A stretch of 64,000 nucleotides of DNA from Cercozoa sp. M6MM (Eukaryota > Protista > Endomyxa: Ascetosporea): NCBI GenBank assembly GCA_040357565.1, contig JBDODJ010000030.1; one strand, written 5' to 3'. This document shows, one piece after another, positions 59,330-64,000 of the stretch; positions within the stretch are counted from its first letter, which is position 1, and each line of letters starts with the position of its first letter. Under the pieces are notes generated by a model. The model searched no databases and was not told the DNA's origin. It saw only the letters and a program-made list of their open reading frames with translations. Position numbers and translations under genes: made by a program.

Positions 59330-59740
59330 CCCTGCACCAGCACCGCCACGCCAGCGGCTGCAGCGACCTGAGCGGCTCGCTCGCCGTCGGCCTGTGAACC
59401 GACCGTTCCGACCTTGTCGACCTCCGAACTACCTGTACGATGTGGGAGTTTGATCGCTTCCGCTCGATGAACGGGACTGATACTTCTCCCTCCGCCCGGC
59501 CCCTGGCGCCGCATCCCTTCCCCTCGCTTCGGGCAAGACTGAGATCATCACAGCGGCGCGGGCGTACACTGTAGTGTATTGCCTGTATACTGTTAGTAAT
59601 TTAAGCTACTGTAGCGCAGGAGTAACGAAAATCCTCCGTCAGGTCATTTACCGTACTCGACAGCGCAGTGAGTACAAGAATGACGACGGCCGGCGAAGTC
59701 AACCCACCCTGGACTGGTGCAGAACACTCAACTAACTAAC
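59330..59740 (+). mobile_element. Candidate non-autonomous (SINE-like) or divergent element sharing the LINE 3' core
   Basis: Ends GAAGTCAACCCACCCTGGACTGGTGCAGAACACTCAACTAACTAAC and contains internal hairpins. The 5' boundary and TSD are not resolved. Confidence 0.5.
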
Positions 59741-59811
59741 GACGACAGTCGAATCCGCAGGCAAAAGTTGAACTGTAGTTTTTGTAATTAATTAAGTACA
59801 AAAAAACGCGG

Positions 59812-59938
59812 TGCCAACGCCCGGACTCGAACCGGGATCCGCCCGCACTACCCACAACAGATTTGAAGAAAGAAGTTCGAATTGGCTTGGGGACGTCCCG
59901 AGGGACAGGTGGGCGCTCTACCATTGAGCTACATTGGC
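59812..59938 (-). tRNA. Intron-containing tRNA-like gene, anticodon GUC (Asp?), atypical or pseudogene
   Basis: Acceptor GCCAATG/CGTTGGC-A; D arm GCTC-AATGGTA-GAGC; T arm CCCGG-TTCGAGT-CCGGG; ~55-nt insert after the anticodon; T7 Pol III terminator at 59800-59806. Confidence 0.7.
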
Positions 59939-60158
59939 AGTCAAGAGCTCGATAGGCACCTACCATATCTACAAATGCTGACAGTGAACTTATTTGTGAC
60001 CACATCATGGGCTAGTTTGTCAGATCTTCATTTGCATCAACTAACGAACTAACCTAGTGCAACACCGGAACCCAATCAGATCCAGTTGTTTCGACGCAAT
60101 AATGAGAAGGAAGTTAAACGAAAAGAAAATACAACTGCCGCATATGTAGTAGCTGAGC

Positions 60159-61281
60159 TTAGAAGAACCAGTAGGACTCGGCAAGGACGTCGAGCGTGTA
60201 GCCAGTGGCCATGAGGACACCGGCGGCAACGGCCGGCGTGATCCAGGTGCGATCGAGCTCGTAGTGCTGCGTGTGCGCGTCCTGGGCCTTGGCCGGGAAG
60301 ACGCCGTCGAGCATGGCTGGCCGCGCGTGCGGGTTGCGCATCAGCACGTGCAGCACCTCCTCGCGCTCCCAGGGCGCCACCGAATCGCGCGTCCAGTTGA
60401 AGCGCTGCAGCTCCTCCTCGACGGCCTCGTTGACGAGACGCACCTGGCGCGACGAGAAGCGGTACGACTCGGCGTACCGGCCGCCGAAAATGATCTGCTC
60501 GGCCGCGTCGACGTAGCCGAGACGCAGGTACTCGAGTGCCGGCACGAGACGGTCGCGCTGGTGGGTCTGCGCAGCCACACGGCCCGGGAACTCGCGCACC
60601 TTCTTGATCCAGAGCTTCTTCTCGATCTCGACAACGTCGTCGAGGAACATCAGCTGGTGCTGGAACGACTCCAGCGCCTCCTCGGCAGCCGTCTTGGCCA
60701 GCAACTCGGCCTTCTCGCCCTCCAGCGGCATCAAATCGACTGAACAAGGGTGCAGGAGGTATAACTGTAGCAACAGGTTGCAGTAACAGTGTGTGGTACC
60801 ATCAAGCAACTCGCAGATCTTCTCCACCGACGCCAGACCGGCCGGGACTGTCGGTCTGACCTGTGAGGATGGGAAATAACAGATGGCAAGGATGGCAGGA
60901 AGTAAGGACGTAAGGGAAGGGAGTAAAGGAGTAAAGAGGAGGGCGAACGAGTCCCAAGCACAACAAAGGAAAAGGCTAAAGTAAAGGCTAAAGTAAAGTA
61001 CCCACTGGTTGTGCTTGTCGAACTCTTCGTAGTCGTCAACGTTGACGATCGCATTATACTCCTTGGCCGAGTAAACCTCACCGTTCAGCAGCGCCTGGTC
61101 AAACTCCTCCGTGTTGATCTTGTAGTTCGGAATGCTCGGGTTGGGCGTCTCAATGCCCGACACTGGACCTGCAGAGACAACACAAGTGCAAAGCGCACCA
61201 CAATTGTTTCTAACTGATCGGGGCTGTACCGTGCCGCCGAGAGGCACCCCGCGCCAGCTTAACTGCTCGCTTTGCCAGCAT
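60159..61281 (-). CDS. Hypothetical mitochondrion-targeted protein with C-terminal hydrophobic segment
   Basis: Presequence-like MLAKRAVKLARGASRRH, strong C/G-ending codon bias, and the end WITPAVAAGVLMATGYTLDVLAESYWFF*. Confidence 0.7.
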
Positions 61282-61526
61282 GCCTATGATACATCTCAAT
61301 TACGTTCACGAGCGCACCAACGTGCCCAAGACGGCCAGCAGAGCAACAAAGAAATTACGTTTGCCGTAGATAGTTACCTAGAGAGCGCAGTCACAGTGAA
61401 GGCACGAGCTAGGATTGCCGTGCAGCGTGCGTGACGGCGTGCAGCCAGACTGCCTTGATTAAGGGGGCCACCCAGTTTTTGGTTTTGGAAATAGTTGCAA
61501 GAATTTTGCGCTGTTCTGGGCCTCTC

Positions 61527-62838
61527 ATGTCTCAGTTTAATATCAATTCGGTGGTGGTTCACCCCATCGTGCTGCTGAGCGTGCTCGATCACTACAATCG
61601 GTGCGTCTTTTTTTAGTCTTTTGGTCGGCGCCACAGTGGCTTTGTTCTGTGCTGGGCGCGTGAGCATAATACTTTGTGCCTGTACTTGCAATTCTGGGCC
61701 TTCTAAGTCTGTGGAACTTTGCTGCAAAAGCGAATTTTTCTTTAATGAGTTGAATCATACTTATGTGACATGCAGAGTCGGCGCGCGGCAGCTGAAGCGA
61801 CGCGTGGTTGGCGTACTCCTGGGCGAGCACGAGCGCGATGGCACGCTGAACGTGAAGATGTCGTACGCGCTGCCGTTCGAGGAGCGCGAGCCGAACGTGT
61901 TCTTCCTGGACCACAACTTCCATGAGGATATGTACCGCCTGATGCGCAAGGTCAACAGCAACCAGAAGGTGCTCGGTTGGTACAGTACGGGTCCCAAGAT
62001 CCGTCGCTGCGACATGGAAATCAGCGAGCTGTTCCACGAGTACTGCGAGCACCCGGCGCTCGTGATCGTTAACGTCGACCCGAGCGACGAGCTCGGCTCT
62101 CTCACCGAAGCCTACGTCGCCGTCGACACGCACGAGCCCGAGCACCCGCATACGCAGGTGCGCAAGACCTTTGTGCACGTGCCGAGCGACGTTGGTGCCT
62201 CGGATCCCGAGGAGGTCGCCGTGGAGCACCTGCTACGCGACATCCGCGATCGCACGGTCGGCACGCTGTCGCGACGAGTCGACAGTCGCGTTCGCTCGCT
62301 TAAGGTGCCCCTTGTGCCCCTCCTTTGTTGTTCTCTCCTTTATCAATGTGTGTGTATGTGTAGACATTGCACGAGAAACTCGACACAATCCGAAAGTACG
62401 TGGAGAACGTAATGGAAGGCAAGATGCCCGTGAACCACAAGATCATGTACGAGCTGCAGAACATTGTCAACATGAGTCCGAACCTCAACGTCGACAAGCT
62501 CCAGAAGGCCATGACTCATGAAGGCAACGACCAGATGCTCGTGGTCTACTTGACATCGATGGTGCGCGCTGTGCTCGCACTCGACAACCTCGTGAGCAAC
62601 CAGCTCGACAACAAGGCCAAGGAGCAGGAGTGGCAGCTCCGACAGCGACAAAAGGCTCTCCGGCGGCAGCTCCAACGCCAAAAGAAGGTGCGTTTTTGGT
62701 CTCACACGCACAATACTACCTTTCTTCTCCCCTCTCTACTGCCTGCAGAGTGCGCCAGTACCGAAGGACGAAAGCGGCAAGAGCGCCGAGAAGAAGGAGA
62801 CCGGCGACTACATTCCCGGCAAGTCGCAGGCCGGCTAG
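61527..62838 (+). CDS. RPN8: 26S proteasome lid subunit RPN8/PSMD7
   Basis: VVVHPIVLLSVLDHYNR|...RVVGVLLG...SYALPFEE...FFLDHNF...LGWYSTGPK...EEVAVEHLLRDI...NDQMLVVYL. Confidence 0.97.
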
Positions 62839-63318
62839 TTGGTTAGTTATTACTACTCAATGGCCCAATCGGTAATAGAAAGGAGGGGTTCTGGGGCGTT
62901 GAAGCCCACTTTTAAATACGCGTGCTAACTATCATCAGTGCATGAGCATATAAAATTAGTGCATAACTGAGTGCGTGGAAGTTCCGCTAATCCCGTAAAC
63001 TCGAAGAAATCGGCTTCACAAATCGGGCAATTGAGCGCCGACCCAGAAAGGAGACTTTCCTCCTGGGTCTCGAGGTGATCCGATTGACGCTCACAGTGAC
63101 TTGACATGCTGCGCGTACACCGTCAGGTAGCGCGCTAGCTTCTTCTGCGTCAGTTTGCTAGCGATAACGACAAGGGATAAAGAAGACAAGGGCTAAGGAG
63201 AAGGAGATAACCAGTCTCAAGAATCAAAGTACGTGTTGTTGACGCGCACGAGGAAGCGACGCGGCGACTGACTTCCACCGGCCTGTATAAAACCATACAC
63301 CCACCATAAGCGTGGATC

Positions 63319-63935
63319 TCAACTAAAAATGTGAAAGCGAATCCCTACCGTGTAGAAGACCGAACCCATCGTGATCTGCCAGCACATGCAAAAAAAAACA
63401 AGTACGAGTGAAGTGCATCCACAGATGTTAAAATATGTCACTGTGTGCACGAGGCATACCGCAAAGTTCCCTTTATCGCCGGGCGGTAGGTCAAAACTGG
63501 GCACCACTTCGGGCTTCTTCTCGATGTACACCAGTGCGTAGAGCTGCTGGAGATAAGGAAAAATGCTGTAAACTTATAGGTAATTTGAAGTGAGCACACG
63601 CACAGTGGAAACACGAGCAATCTGAGAACGCAAGGCATTCTTGATGGCGCGTTCCTCTAAGCAAGAAAAGGGAAGGTTCGGGCGTAGCAGCCAGTTGCAA
63701 GGGGAGGCACCCTCCGGACGCGGTTTGGCCACCTTCGTGGCACGGTAGATCACCATGATCTTGCCGTTGGCCCAGTCGCGCGCCTGAGACAACAGTTCGG
63801 TCAACGTAGGCAGCCTGTCTCGCTTCTTGCACTACAAAGGGAGAAGTACAGTACAAGAGTAAAAGATAGGCAGGTCAATATACATCTTTGCGCCACTGCT
63901 TAAACTCGCCACCGCGCTGCGCCATCTGTCAAAGT
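63319..63935 (-). CDS. Hypothetical protein, 3' part (runs off window)
   Basis: Short exons LPTLTELLSQARDWANGKIMVIYRATK..., LYALVYIEKKPEVVPSFDLPPG... and ITMGSVFYTVGIRFHIFS*. Confidence 0.45.
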
Positions 63936-63937
63936 GC

Positions 63938-64000
<63 letters not shown>

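Noticed and set aside
59380-59560. SRP, RNase P/MRP or U3 RNA
   Set aside because: Only isolated short motif resemblances, in the wrong order and without partner strands.
59480-59565. HDV-like ribozyme (CCCTGG start as in Ingi elements, TCCCCTCG loop)
   Set aside because: I could not build consistent P1/P2 pairings or the J4/2 catalytic segment.
59682-59752. GACGACGGCC/GACGACAGTC as the TSD of a ~50-bp insertion
   Set aside because: Only an 8/10 match, and the left copy is part of a long hairpin. Kept only as an alternative explanation.

Overview
Gene-dense, intron-rich eukaryotic scaffold, probably a protist. Introns are mostly ~45-70 nt GT-AG, many swollen by microsatellites, and there are two 100-N gaps. 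The genetic code reads as standard. The ORF track fragments every gene, so I spliced models by eye and their coordinates are approximate. Recognisable genes: class-3 lipase fragment, KDM4-like JmjC demethylase, RMI1/TDRD3-type OB-fold protein, PH-RCC1 protein, VMP1, NT-C2 protein, MPPED-like phosphoesterase, CYP7/39-clan P450, TSEN34, M4/M36 metalloprotease, ADP-ribosylglycohydrolase, YchF, a bHLH factor and RPN8, plus several orphans. Non-coding content includes an atypical intron-containing tRNA(GUC). The best candidate new system is an (AACT)n-tailed retroelement family with three members sharing a structured 3' core: a truncated I-group LINE with a perfect 13-bp TSD, a 155-bp tail copy, and a structured SINE-like RNA beside the tRNA. 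Family calls come from remembered motifs, not database searches.
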